Assembly: GCF_006345805.1 (NCBI RefSeq)
Contig: NC_043019.1
Coordinates: 29,325,360-29,389,359 of the forward strand
DNA from: Octopus sinensis
Lineage: Eukaryota
Length of the DNA stretch: 64,000 bases
Direction: 5' to 3'
How positions within the stretch are numbered: position 1 is the stretch's first letter; each line of letters opens with the position of its first letter. The translations under genes and the position numbers were made by a program. The notes beneath the pieces are model-generated. The model did not search any database and had not been told where the DNA came from. It saw only the letters and a list, made by a program, of their open reading frames with translations. Positions 13,992-27,884 of the stretch are shown here, piece after piece.

Positions 13992-14575
13992 AAAATATAC
14001 CTGCTTTATTCTTGCTAATTTTGGCATAAGGCTAGCAATTTGAAGAAGAGGAGCAAGTCGCTTAATTCAACCCCAGTACTTGACTGGAACTCCACTCCAT
14101 CGACCTTGAAATGATGAAAAGCAAAGCTGATTCTGGCAATAGCTGAACTCCAAACAAAAGGACAAGATAGCCACAGGTAGAATGACTTTGATCACAGGTC
14201 TGCTCGATGAAACCTAAAACTGGGACTTATCAACAGCAACGCAAGCCACTCATAGAATATCCTTTAAGTAGGCCTTCAATAATATTATTCTTGTTCCAGC
14301 TATGGTAATACAACTACCCAACATATAACAGACAATAAACCTGATTGAAGCAACAGTAATATATTATCATACCCCTAATATATATTTCTGCTAAGCAAGC
14401 AATGGAGCCTCTAAGCAACTACAACAGTGCCAGTTAAAACATTATCAGCAGCCGCAACAAGATATTTCCATCTAACAAAAGCAATAACAACAACAACAAC
14501 AACAACACCCAGATATTTCTGTCTAAAAGCCTCTATTATCTACAAGTTGTCTCTTAATTCTTATATCAATATTAC

Positions 14576-14649
14576 TTTTAATGTTTGTATATCAAACACG
14601 TTCAGAATATATCTTAAAGAATGAAAGAATATATCCTCGAGACAAAAGT
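14576..14649 (-). CDS. Candidate exon (FCLEDIFFHSLRYILNVFDIQTLK)
   Basis: ggtttctcattgcag acceptor, gtaata donor, phase 1-0. Confidence 0.42.
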
Positions 14650-14900
14650 CTGCAATGAGAAACCTCTATGTAGTTCTGAAATCTCTTAGAAATAGCAGCA
14701 AAATCTCTCACAGATTACACCATACCATCATTAACCCTTCAGCACATAAACCAGCCATATCCAGCCAAAATATTCTACCTGTGTTTACAGGCTCAAACTG
14801 GTCAGATGCAGCTTCTTACACCTGCCCCGCAATGTCATTTTAGAAATAAACAGTCACATCATCAAAATCTCAATGTTTCAAGATAATGCATGATATATTC

Positions 14901-15334
14901 TCTCTTTACTCTTTTTACTTGTTTCAGTCGTTTGACTGCGGCCATGCTGTAGCACCGCCTTTAGTCGAGCAAATCGACCCCAGGCATTATTCTTTGTAAG
15001 CCTACTACTTATTCTTTGTAAGCCTAGTACTTATTCTATCGGTCTCTTTTGCCAAACCGCTAAGTTACGGGGACGTAAACACACCAGCATCAGTTGTTGA
15101 ACGATGTTGGGGGGGCAAACACAGACACACAAATATATACACACACACATACATATATATATATACATATATACGATGGGCTTCTTTCAGTTTCCGTCTA
15201 CCAAATCCACTCACAAGGCTTTGGTCGGCCTGATGCTATAGTAGAAGACACTTGCCCAAGGTGCCACGCAGTGGGACTGAACCCGGAACCATGTGGTTGG
15301 TAAGCAAGCTACTTACCACACAGCCGCTCCTGCA
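14901..15334 (-). mobile_element. SINE family A nested in a TTAA-type MITE
   Basis: Full copy with an internal ~23-bp duplication (TATTCTTTGTAAGCCTA.TACT). MITE halves lie at 14732-14900 and 15335-15395. Confidence 0.85.
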
Positions 15335-15825
15335 TAAATAAATAAGCATTACACTTGACAGTATAATCTGACAGTATAATCTGAACGTTAAAGAGTGAAA
15401 AGTGATAAATGGTTTGAATAATGTAGTTTTAGACACACCATTGTCTGACAGATCTAAAAATGGATAGTCACACTTAGTTCCAGCATTGTCTTAGGGCTAA
15501 GCAACAACAACAACTAAAACAAACTACCAACATATCATATTAAATTGAGCACTAAAACACTTAAGAGAGGTAAGTGTTACAACTTTAATTAATCTACATT
15601 GTGCCAGTATCAAGGAGATGTTAAACATTGTTGAACAATGCTTTATATCAAGGATCAGCAATTTCTTTTTTTAAGGGCTCCCTTTGTTTTTTTCTATTTT
15701 AAGATTTGTCATTGTCCACATGTATCTTATATCTTCAGTATATTAAAAGACTCCCCTGCCACAGTCCATATCCTCTGATTTCACCATTGACAATGCTTTT
15801 GTAAGCAAAAATTAAACAAATCATA

Positions 15826-16200
15826 TGCACAGGAGTGGCTGTGTGGTAAGTAGCTTGCTTACCAACCACATGGTTCCGGGTTCAGTCCTACAGTGTGGCA
15901 CCTTGGGCGTCTTCCACTATAGCCTTGGGCCAACCAAAGCCTTGTGAGTGGATTTGGTAGATGGAAACTGAAAGAAGCCCGTCATCTATATGTATATATA
16001 TGTGTGTGTGTGTTCTCCCAACATTTCTCGACAACCGATGCTGGTGTGTTTACGTCCCCCATAACTTAGCGGTTTGGCAAAAAGAGACTGACAGAATAAG
16101 TACCAGGCTTACAAAGAATAAGCCCTGGGGTTGATTTGCTCGACTAGAGGTGGTGCTCCAGCATGGCTGCAGTCAAATGACTGAAACGAGTAAAAGAGTA
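15826..16200 (+). mobile_element. SINE family A
   Basis: Full-length homologous copy. Confidence 0.85.
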
Positions 16201-16609
16201 AATCAAGACATGGAAAACTATGAGAAAGCCATCAACTGCTCAATGGCCACAAGCATGTTTTATCTTTTACTTATTTCACTCATTGGACTGTGGCCATGCA
16301 GGGGTAGAGCCCTTGAAGGGATTTAGTTGAACAAATAGACCCTATTATTTATTTATTTTTCAAAGCTTACTACATACTCTACTAGTTTCTTTTGCTAAGT
16401 CTCTTAGAGAGATGCAAACAAACCAACACCGGTTGTCAAGCAGTGGTAGAGGAAACATAAACACACAATGAACTTTCTTCAGTTTCCATCTGCCAGATCC
16501 ACGCACAAGGCTTTGGTCAGCCTGGAGCTATAGTAGCTGACAGTGCCACACAGCAGGACTGAACTGAAGGCCACATGGTTGAGAAGCAAACTTCTTAAAC
16601 ACACAGCCA

Positions 16610-16986
16610 TCTCTCTATATATAAACGGCAAAATTTCTATCTGTGTGTGTGTGTGTATCCTTTATACAAATCCACAATTTTTCAGTTAGAGGGCTCGCAC
16701 TTTCTATGGTCATTCAAAACCGTCCAAGGGTGGTCATGCACATCTTTACATTTCTCCAGTCACCCCGCAAAGCCACTAAAAAAAATCAATGGAAGTGACT
16801 TTTTTTGTGAATTTTCTATCCATAACCCAATCAAAATGCCTGAAACTTGATACGCCAATTGAATGCCAGCTAGCTGTATGTGATTGGTTGGAGATCTGGA
16901 CAGTACTCGCGTGTATGTGCGCATGCTCGCAGCTGTATATGCATGCACTAGCACTATGACCCAGCAACGCCGGGTCATAGTGCTAG
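16610..16986 (+). mobile_element. Non-autonomous Helitron
   Basis: 5' TCTCTCTATATATAAACGG end, internal (TG)n, 3' GC-rich hairpin and terminal CTAG. Inserted between A (16609) and T (16987) with no TSD. Confidence 0.75.
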
Positions 16987-17325
16987 TACTTGTTAAATTT
17001 TTTAGAAAATGTCCATAGGACCGAGAAAACAACTCAAGAACCATCCCACTTGTGGCCACAGCACCAAACAAAAACAAAGGAAATAACTGAAAGTAAAAAT
17101 ATAAAAAATTTCATGGTCTGATGTACTGGAAGCCTAATCATCATCATCATTGTTTAAGATCTAGTAAGCCATAGGGATGCAATGTGCTGCATACCAGCTT
17201 TGACAACATGAGGCAGCAATGTGTGTCAATTTATATATTAAAACAACAGTACATTCCTACCTATCTTTTGTGTCATGCTAAGGAAATTAACTTAACTAGA
17301 GGAAGAAAGAAACTGGTAGTAGTTA

Positions 17326-17553
17326 AGGCGGCGAGCTGGCAGAAACGTTAGCACGCCGGGCGAAATGCGTAGCCATATTTCGTCTGCCGTTACGTTCTGA
17401 GTTCAAATTCTGCCGAGGTCAACTTTGCCTTTCATCCTTTTGGGGTCGATAAATTAAGTACCAGTTACGCACTGGGGTCGATAATTGACTTAATCCATTT
17501 GTCTGTCCTTGTTTGTCCCCTCTGTGTTTAGCCCCTTGTGGGTAGTAAAGAAA
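17326..17553 (+). mobile_element. SINE family B
   Basis: Full-length copy with TSD GGTAGTAGTTA. Confidence 0.88.
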
Positions 17554-17871
17554 CCGGTAGTAGTTATGGCAGTAGTGGTCAGTTGTGACAGCGTTGATAA
17601 TGGTGAATAACGATACAGGCAGTGTGGAGAGAAATAAAAAAAAAGTGACTAGCAGAAATAGTGGAATCGGTGAAGAGATAAGGAAACATAAGAGAAAAAA
17701 GTGAGAAAGAGGATTCTAAGAAACAAGAGGCTAAATAAAAGCTGGAGTTAAAGTAAACATGCTAGAGAAAGAACAGAAAACAGAAAGTCAGAAGTAATAC
17801 AGAGATTTAAATATGAAACTGGAAGGGAGGAAGAATTTGAAGAAGTAGTAAAGTATGGAACATCACTATAC

Positions 17872-18273
17872 GCAGGAGTGGCTGTGTGGTAAGTAGCTTG
17901 CTAACCAACCACATGGTTCCGGGTTCAGTCCCACTGTGTGGCACCTTAGGCAAGTGTCTTCTGCTATAGCCTCGGGCCAACCAAAGCCTTGTGAGTGGAT
18001 TTGGTAGACGGAAACTGAAAGAAGCCCATCATATATATGTATATATATATATAAGTGTGTGTGTATATGTTTGTGTGTCTGTGTTTGTCCCCCCTAGCAT
18101 TGCTTGACAACCGATGCTGGTGTGTTTACGTCCCCATCATTTAGCGGTTCAGCAAAAGAGTCCGATAGAATAAGTACTGGGCTTACAAAGAATAAGTCCC
18201 GGGGTCGATTTGCTCGACTAAAGGCGGTGCTCCAGCATGGCCGCAGTCAAATGACTGAAACAAGTAAAAGAGT
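17872..18273 (+). mobile_element. SINE family A
   Basis: Full-length homologous copy. Confidence 0.87.
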
Positions 18274-18984
18274 ATATCTTTAGCTATCTCATTCTCTCTC
18301 TTTTCCCCTTTGTATGAAGTGTTTTTGAAATGTATGTTAGCATAAACAATAAAGGTGTGATCACTATGCAAATGAAAAACAAGCTAAGTTTGTATGTGTG
18401 CATGTGTGTGTGCCTGCCTGCCTGCATGTGCATGAAGGCTAAATGTGATTCAAAGTGTAACTGAAAATGCAGTCATGCAAACATGTTTGTAAATATCACA
18501 AGATAATTGTTGCAATTATAAAATCCATTGAAATTCATGGAATTTCTACAGGTCTTAATTAATAACAATTATAAATAGTATAATTGTAATTATACTATTT
18601 ATATGTAATTAGTACATATTGTATATATTGTTCTTATGGTTAATATTAAATACTTAGTCCATAAGATATATATATATATATATATGTATTGAACCACCCA
18701 GGCTTACATGGAGGGTGAACGTTCAACAATGATGATGATGATTGAAATGAATAAATTGAATGTTGCTATCTGTCCTTGTAACTGAACTGGATGTTTCTCT
18801 GGATATATAGGATAAATGATTCATTGGCTATTAAATATATGAAATTGTAAATATCAGAAAAATAAGGTTTTAATTATTATATGTAACTATATTATTTCAA
18901 GTATAGGCACATGTACTTAAGAGATTGCATGTATTATAAACTTATACAACTATAAGTTTATAATATATAATAGATTGTGCGGAT

Positions 18985-19191
18985 TACTCTTTTACTTGTT
19001 TCAGTCATTTGACTGTGGCCATGCTGGAGCACAGCCTTTAGTCGAGCAGATCGATCCCAGGACTTATTCTTTGTAAGCCTAGTACTTATTCTATCAGTCT
19101 CTTTTGCCGAACCGCTAAGTTACGGGTACATAAACACACCAGCATTGGTTGTCAAGTGATGTTGGGAGGACAAACACAGACACAAACATAT

Positions 19192-19224
<33 letters not shown>

Positions 19225-19393
19225 CATATATACAACAGGCTTCTTTCAGTTTCCGTCTACCAATTCCACTCACAAGGCTTTTGTTGGCCCAAGGCTATAG
19301 TAGAAGACACTTGCCCAAGGTGCCACGCAGTGGGACTGAACCCAGAACCATGTGGTTGGTAAGCAAGCTACTTACCACACAGCCACTCCTACA
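18985..19393 (-). mobile_element. SINE family A
   Basis: Full-length reverse-complement copy. Confidence 0.87.
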
Positions 19394-20348
19394 CCTATAA
19401 TTGTTAATTATTGTGTATAATTATATTTGTAGTAGTGTCTAAATGGTGTATACTAAAGTTCATATTATTCTTCTCCTTACAACATTGAAGAAAAGATTAG
19501 TATGAATTTGCAAGAAGAGTATGGACTTTGTCGTACACCATGACAACTCCAGAGACATTTTAGAGACATCCACAATGAAGGTTCACTAAGCTCCATAGCA
19601 ACAATAAGAACAACATGTCAAAAATAATCAGCATGCTTAATATCTGAAAAGTTGAATATATTATGAAGGAAAAGTATTACTATCTCATAAGCAAAAGTAA
19701 AGGTGTGTGGTTAGAAAATTTGTTTTTGCGATAACAACATAGTTTTGGGTTCAATGCCATTGTGCAGCACCTTTGGGCAAGGGTCTTCTATAACCTGTAG
19801 TTGATCAAGGCCTTGTGAATAAAATACGTGTGTGTGAAGGAGTGTTACCATATGTCTTTGCATTAACACTGCTTAGATAACAGTGATGCTTGTTTACTAT
19901 CAACCCCTGCCTAAACAATATATCCCATAGCTTATTAGTTTGACATGCAAAATCCAGTGGAATAAAAAGAACCTAAAAAAGAAAAGCAAAGGTTGGCAAC
20001 AAGTAGGGCATCCAGCCATAGAATACAACCTCAAGAAACCTTCCAACCCATGCCAGCATGGAAAAATCAGAAGTAAAAAGGATGATCATAATCATAATCA
20101 TCATCTTACTTTATATTTTACCTGACTGAGAAATTATTTCAGAATATCGTTAAAATAAAAAGAACATTCTTATAAAGAAAAAAAATTATTTATCTATTTC
20201 AAAATATGGTTTCTCTTAATTAAAATACACATCTAGAATTTATAATTTAACATATTCATCACTATTTTAAAATCCCAACAATTTTTCCTCTTTCTTTCTT
20301 TCTTTTTCCGTGTTAATTTTACCAACTCATATCTTGTAACATTTTTAC

Positions 20349-20389
20349 ATCTTAGTGCCACAATCAATTCCCAGCACACCGAGCTCCAT
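20349..20389 (-). CDS. Candidate exon (WSSVCWELIVALR)
   Basis: tag acceptor, gtaaaa donor, phase 2-1, bridges the neighbouring candidates. Confidence 0.33.
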
Positions 20390-20590
20390 CTATCCTTAAT
20401 AAAAATGATCAGTGATTCATAAGAATAACTGAAATGAATATATTATGAAATTAAAAGAGATTTCTCAGTAGTCCGTGCAGAAAACATGGATAGAATATAA
20501 ATTATCTTTTTATTGTAATAGCAATTCTGTATTTAAAGTTAACCATCATCTTCTCAGTAAATTTTACAGTGCTAGGATAAAGATGATTAC

Positions 20591-20637
20591 TGCAGCTCAA
20601 GAAACAACCAGTTAACAAGATTTTTGTTCTCTAAGTG
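20591..20637 (-). CDS. Candidate exon (HLENKNLVNWLFLEL)
   Basis: aatttatttcttag acceptor, gtaatc donor, phase 0-2. Confidence 0.38.
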
Positions 20638-20919
20638 CTAAGAAATAAATTATCTGAGTGAAAAATAAAAGTATTACAAAAATGCATTGCATTTTTTAAT
20701 TTGGGATTTGTAAAACATTGAATGAGAAATTTACATCTATAATGAAGCACTTTAGAAAAATCTTCGCTCTATTTCCTTGTAATACAATATTGATTTATTC
20801 ATGAAGAAAGAAAAGTTTTCTTAAATCTTCATATAAAAAAAAAATTGTGACAGACAATACATGTCTCATAAACCATAAAATATGACAATTATGAATTACA
20901 GAAGAAGGAAATTTAAAGT

Positions 20920-21275
20920 GCACCATCCGAACGTGGCCGATGCCAGCGCCGCCTTCACTGGCTTCTGTGCCGGTGGCACGTAAAAAGCACCATCTGAACG
21001 TGGCCGATGCCAGCGCCATCTTGTCTGGCTTCCGTGCCGGTGGCACGTAAAAAGCACCAACCGATCGTGGCCGCTGCCAGAATCCCCTGGCACGTAAAAA
21101 GCACCCACTACACTCACAGAGTGGTCGGCGTTAGGAAGGGCAACTGGTTGTAGAAACACTGCCAGATTAGACTGGAGCCTGGTGCAGCCTCCTGGCTTCC
21201 CAGTTCCCCGGTCGAACCGTCCAACCCGTGCTAGCACGGAAAACGGAATTTAAACGATGCTGATGATGATGAATT
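20920..21275 (+). mobile_element. 5'-truncated RTE 3' UTR copy
   Basis: Reverse complement of 51738-52080, ending AAACGATGCTGATGATGATGA. Confidence 0.8.
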
Positions 21276-23163
21276 GTGTAGCACCTTGGGTAAGTGTCTT
21301 CTATCATAGCCGCAGGCCAACCAAAGCCTTGTGAGTAGATTTGGCAGATGGGAACTGAATGAAGCATGTCATGTGTGTGTGTGTGTGTGAGTGTGTGTGT
21401 GTGTGTGTGTGTGAGTGTGCATACGTGTCCCACTACTGCTTGACAAGCAGTGTTGGTTTGTTTATGTTCTCTTAATTTAGTGGCTCAGCAAAAGAACCAG
21501 GTTTTAAAAATAAGAACTGGGGTCAATTCATTCGACTAAAACCCTTTGAGGTGATGCTGTAGTATGGCCAGCATCCAATAACTGAAACAAGTAAAAGATA
21601 AAAGATGTTTTTTTTTCCCCCACTTTTCATTTTAACCATTTTTATTCTCAAAAAATACTTTATATTATTCTTTTGCAGTGTCAGTCACTGGATTACAGCC
21701 ATGTTAAGGCTCTGCATTCAATGTGTGTGTGTGTGCCTGTGTATCTGTGTGTGTATTTTTATATGAGTGTGGGGGTTAGAACTGGTACATTAAATCAGAA
21801 ATATCCTGCAATACTACTATTGTCCTGAATTATCTACCCTTGTGTTAATATCTAAATTGCATTTTGTAACTTAAAGGAACAAATAAAGATCCAGTGAAAG
21901 AGCTGAGGCCAATATAAGTGACTAGAACATTTCAAAATGTTGCCACAGTATGGTAACAATCTAACGACTGATCATAATAAAAGAATAACTATTTTTTTAA
22001 ATGTATTTCTAAGGACTACATTACTTAATACATACTATATTTCAAGATGGTAGTGTGTGCTTTGAGGACAATTTGGCTGTTGTTATTAGTAAGTATAACA
22101 TCTTTGTAGAAGATATCCAGATTCTGACAGTAGAGTTTCTTTTCTATTAAGTCCAATTAGCAAATCATTCATAAAAATCACTTTATATTCACTGCAATAA
22201 GCTAGTGAACAATGCATAAACACAACACCATTTAAACCATTTTCAAGGCAATTGGCATCACCACACATTTCTTCCCTTTTCATTCTCACTCTTTCTCTCT
22301 CTCTCTCTCCCTCTTACTATTATTATCTATAGAAAATTGTTTCTTTGTTATCCATAATAAAAATGACAAGATTCAAAGTTTTATTCCAAACAAATTAACA
22401 CAACATTGACAAACAAAGGAATAAAAACCTTAAAGATTATTACAATGACAATTTTCAGAAGAAAAATTTGTTACAAGTTCCTTAAAAGAAAAAAAAAAAA
22501 AAGAAAAAGAAAAACAAGCCAAGCCAAGACAAGATACATCATGAATTTAACAGCAAGTTCCACTTATGTCTGAAAGTCTGAAACAGCTTTCATTCAGTAT
22601 TTTTCAATTATTCAAGACAAAGTTTTTTTTAATTTTAATTTTTATTTTTGTTTATATTTTAAAGTACTTAATCATTTTATTTGACATGAACTTAAAATCA
22701 ATTTGATTTCATTATGAATTTTCTCTAAAAATCTGATAGAAAACTCACAGTATATTCAATTCAATTGGATATCACTGTTATTTTAAATTTAGACTGTTTT
22801 TAGTTGCGTCCAAGATGACAAGTTATTCAGCAACAATATATAATAGCACAGTAATATCTAGACTATCCCCAAGGGGGCTATATTTTAATATATTCAAGTT
22901 AGAATTTCAATCAAAATTTAACATGAAGCAAGGAAAGTTCCTATTTCAGCCTTTTTGCATCTTTTGTATTTGGTTGAATTATTTCTGCAATAAACTAAGC
23001 AATTTGTTGTATTAGCTAAGAAACATCTGCTTAAGTAAATGTTTAATTTGATGCCGAAAGGTAAACAACAGGTGAAAAACTTAACGCAGTTCATTTTTAA
23101 TAAATCCTTCAAAATTAAATTGAAACTGTGGATGTTAGATTATGAACATTACAGTATTATATA

Positions 23164-23221
<58 letters not shown>

Positions 23222-23575
23222 GTGCAAAAAGAAACAAAAAATTGTTGTTGCTTTTCTCCTACTTCCTCTGCTTTCTTTATATAACATGCATGTATGTGTG
23301 TGTGTGCACGCACGTATGCACGTGTCATCTCATTTCAACATCCATTTTTCCATGCTTGTCGAACAAAATTTGAAGGCAGATTTTCTACAGCCAGCTGCCC
23401 TTCCTATCGCCAGCCTTTACTCGTGTCCAAGCAAAATAATATTTCCCCCATGGTCAAACATGTTTTCACTAGAGATACTGGAAACAAAAGACAATGCTTG
23501 TATGGTAGTAACACTCACAACTACGATAGCGAGGGAGAAGATGGGGAGTCAAGTAGGAGAAGATGCAGTATCAAC

Positions 23576-23765
23576 CCATGATAGATCGTTAGCTACTACA
23601 CACATTTTTTTCTCTCCTTGTTTTTTTTTCTTTGTATCTTTCTGTAGAAGAGCGTAGGCTCGAAACGTAAAAAGACTTTTTCTATTCCTGAGCGCCATAC
23701 TAATACATCTGTTTGTCTGTACACCACCTGCCTTCGTCTTTTGTTTATTTCATAAACTTTCACAT
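23576..23765 (+). repeat. Dispersed ~190-bp PLE-terminus-like repeat with a minimal hammerhead-like motif
   Basis: TCTTT-CTGTAGA-A-GAG-CGTAGG-CTC-GAAA-C-GTA-AAAGA (23637-23674). Confidence 0.65.
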
Positions 23766-24371
23766 TATATATGGATGCCGAAAGGAGAAGAAAGGAAGAT
23801 ATGCCAGAGCATATCTTCAGGAGAATGCATAAAGGTTGCCAGAATGCAATTCCACCCACTCAAGCATCATGATTCAGGAAGAAAGAGTAGGATTAAGGGC
23901 GTCAGAGGTATAGAGAAATAAAATATTCAATATAGACAAATCAAGTAGTTTCCTCTCAGTAGTGAGTGTCATGGCATATTGATCAGAAAAGATAATGAGA
24001 AGATAAGAGGATCCATAATAGGCACAGAAGATAGAAGAATACATGGTGTGTGTGTGGAAGCAGGGGTTAGAAATGAGTGTATAGAATGGCCAATAGGCAG
24101 GAGTGATGCCTGTATGAAACAATAAGACATGGGTGGGATGTATGTACTAAGCTTGTGTGAGAAGCCAGGTCTTCTGTAGCACCATTTATTGCCAGTTGAC
24201 ACAATCCTTTGTTATATCTTTTGTCAGATATAAGATCTTGATATCGTTTATCATCATCTTAACAGAAGTCTTTTACAGGTATTATTCATTTTCTACATTT
24301 CACACCTATGCAGCTGTCATCTTCGATACCCATCACATGTTCAGATCAGATCACTGCAGTCTCATCTCTTG

Positions 24372-24419
<48 letters not shown>

Positions 24420-24916
24420 GGGGGGGGGTGTACCTTTAACCTTTACATTGTCAAAGTAAAAGGGTTAAATCTAATAATACCAAAAGTCTGGTACTTATTT
24501 CATTGGTCTCTTTTGTTGAACCTCTAAGTTATGGGGACATAAAGAAACCAACACCAAGTTTCTTGCAGTGTTGGGGGACAAACACACACACACATATATA
24601 AACCATCCAACCCATGCCAGCATGGACAATGGACATTAGATGATGATGATGATATATATGCAACAAACTTCTTTTAGCTGTCATCTACCGAATCCACTCA
24701 CAAGGCTTTGGTTGGCCTGGGGCTACAGTAACAGATGGCTAAACCATGTGATTGAGAAGCATACCTCTTACCACACAGACATGTCTGTGCCTACACATAC
24801 ACACACACACATATATATATATATATATGTACACACATATTTGTACACATATGAATATCCATGGATATACATAACTCCCATAACCATATATATACGTGTA
24901 TGTGTGTACATACACA

Positions 24917-24961
<45 letters not shown>

Positions 24962-24990
24962 CAGTAGCAACAGTAAAGAGGAATTTTGAT

Positions 24991-25028
<38 letters not shown>

Positions 25029-25345
25029 ATATAATATATATAGCTAAGTAGGTAATGGGTAACAAGATAAAATTTGATTTCATAAATACCAAAACAACTA
25101 TGTATCATAAATTTTAAACAACACATGTTAAACGTTATTCCAGATCAGCGACACAATCTTCTGCAAGATAGAATTAAAGAAATGACAATGTAAACAAGAG
25201 ATGGGGAAAAAAAAAATAATAATAAAATGACAAGCCAGGCATAAGATGCTTCACTTGCAATTACTATACTTTTGTTTTCCTTTAAAATCATTATTGTTAT
25301 TGTTGTTGTTGTTATTGTTATCAATATCATCATCATTGTTATTGC

Positions 25346-25379
<34 letters not shown>

Positions 25380-25887
25380 GTTGTTGTTGTTTCAGTGTTG
25401 TTATTGTTTGGTAAGTGATTTGAATAGAGACCTTAGAGTGTTACAATTGAAACAATTGCTTTGTGGAGATGTCACAATAGATATTTTGGAAAACATGAAA
25501 TAGTTGTTGGTATGGCTGCATGGTTAAGAAGCTCACTTTGTAACTATGTGGTTTCAGGTTCAGGCCTTTTGCATGGCACTTTGGAGGAGTGTCTTCTACT
25601 ATATATCTCTTAGCCTTGTAAGTGAATTCAGTAGATGGAAACTGCGTGTGTAAAAGCACATTGTGTGTGAATGTGTGTGTACATGCATATCTTGCATGTG
25701 TGTCTTTGTGTTTCCAACACCATTTGACAACTGGTGTTGGTTTGTTCGTGTCTCTGTATCTTTGCAGTTCAGTAAAAAAGAAACCGATAGACTAAGAACC
25801 GCACTTTAACAAAGAAATTCGAAATTCATGGGGTTGATTTATACAACTAAAACTCTATCAACGCTGTGCTCCAACATGTCTGCAATC

Positions 25888-26895
25888 CAATCATCATCAT
25901 CATCATCGTTTAACGTCTGTTTTCCTTGCTGGCATGGGTTGGACAGCTCAACTGGGGTCTGGGAAGCCAGAAGGCTGCACCAGGTCCCAATCAGATCTGG
26001 CAGTGTTTCTACAGCTAGATGCCCTTCCTAACGCCAACAACTCCGTGAGTGTAGTGGGTGCTTTTTACATGCCACCAGCATGGGCCAGGGGAGCTGGTAT
26101 TGGCTATGATCAGATGGTGCTTTTTACGTGCCACTGGCACAGAAGCCAGTCAAAGCGGCACTGACATCGGCCACATTTGGATGGTGCTTTTTACATGCCA
26201 CAAGCACGAGGGGCACAACTACAATTTCCATTTGATTCTAATTTGATTTGATTTTGATATTAATGTTGATGATGATGTACTTGACTTAATAGGTCTCCTC
26301 AAGCATGGCATGTCGCCCTATGATCCAAGGTAGTTTTGAGTGGGCTGGTTATGCAATGCTGGTGTGGTTACAGCTGTAAACTCACTATATTTGCCAGGTC
26401 TTCTCAGTCACAGCATATCTCCAGAGGTCTCGGTCTTTTGTTATTGCCTCTGTGAGGCGCAACGTTCGAAGGTCATGCTTCACCACCTCATCCCATGTCT
26501 TCCTGGGTCTCCCTCTACCCCAGATTCCTTCAACTGTTTGGGAGTAGCACTTCTTCACACAGCTCTCCTCGTCCATCCACAGTACATGACCATACCAATG
26601 CAAACGTCTCTCTTGCATGCCACATCCGATGCTTCTTATGTCTAACATTTCTGTCAAGGCACTTACACTCTATCATGTGTGCACACTGACATTACACCTC
26701 CAGCGGATCATGCTAGCTTCATTTCTTTCAAGCATATGCATGTCTTCAGCAGTTTCTGCCCATGTTTCACTGCCATGTAGCATCGCAGTTCGCACATATG
26801 CATCGCACAATCTACCTTTCACTCTTTGTCACCAGTAGGGGTAGAAGCTTTCTGAACTTTGCCCAGGCTATTCTTATTCTAGTGGTAACACTCTC
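25888..26895 (-). mobile_element. RTE-clade LINE 3' fragment (ORF C-terminus, 3' UTR, (ATG)n tail)
   Basis: Minus-strand translation RIRIAWAKFRKLLPLL...RTAMLHGSETWA...ERRLHWYGHVLWMDEESCVKKC...GRGRPRKTWDEVVKHDL...DRDLWRYAV, then a ~500-bp UTR with tandem repeats ending in GATGATGAT. Confidence 0.88.
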
Positions 26896-27884
26896 TAAGC
26901 ATATATATGACATCCCGTTTTACTTGTTTTACCTTACAGTGTTACTGTATACTATACAAACATGTATCAACCTTTCATCATACACCCACAACCTGGTCAC
27001 TGATACTCAACCCTACAGATTAGTTAACAATGCTTTTTACAAACCAAAACAAAGCCTGAATATATTAGCACATGCGCGATCTGTGTGTAAAGTGTGGTAT
27101 ATATGACTATAATTACTCTACCAACATGAATCTCAGTAAATGAATCTCAGTCGTTTTCTCAATGAATTTTCCAGCGGTTTGACGCACTGAACTACTTACT
27201 TACTAGAATTAGTGTATAAGTGGCTGAATATTCCACAAACACATGGATTCTTGATGTAAATCTTAGGAACAATCAGTTTGACACAGTGTGTAACAAGACT
27301 TTACCTTTTAATTATAGATAAAGTCTATCTGGCATGCTTCAAAACAGTTTCTATATCAACTGTATTCTCTAGGTACAAGTTAACATAACAGTTGAAAAAT
27401 ATAGTGTAAACATTCAAATATCATAACTATGTGTCCAAATCCTGCTGCATTTCACATATATTTTTAGCTGTGAATATTGATGAAAAATTTAGCTTGTATG
27501 CTGAAATATACAGTAATCTCAGTCAAAAAACACTGCTCGACTTAAGGATATGGTTTGAAACATTTACCTAAGGTGCTGTATGTTATGACCAAACACTGGA
27601 TGTATGTAGTGGCAATGCAAACTTCTTAAAATAAAAATGATGCCTTTAACTACAAAAATATGCCAAGAAGGAAAGAGTAGATAGAAAGAAGTAGCCCTAC
27701 TGGAGCAACATTCTCAGTAATTATCCATTTCTTAAATATCCCTTTCCATTACCATATACTGTACCTTGTATGTTGGAATACAATATACATAGTACATCTA
27801 GTATGTCATATAATATATAGTGTGTCTAGTATGTAACATACAGTATATCTGTTGTGTTATATATAGTATATCTGATATGTAATA

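Noticed and set aside
22086-23140. Open minus-strand frames after acceptor-like sites (SEYKVIFMND..., FNLILKDLLK...)
   Set aside because: No donor site with compatible phase before the stop codon.
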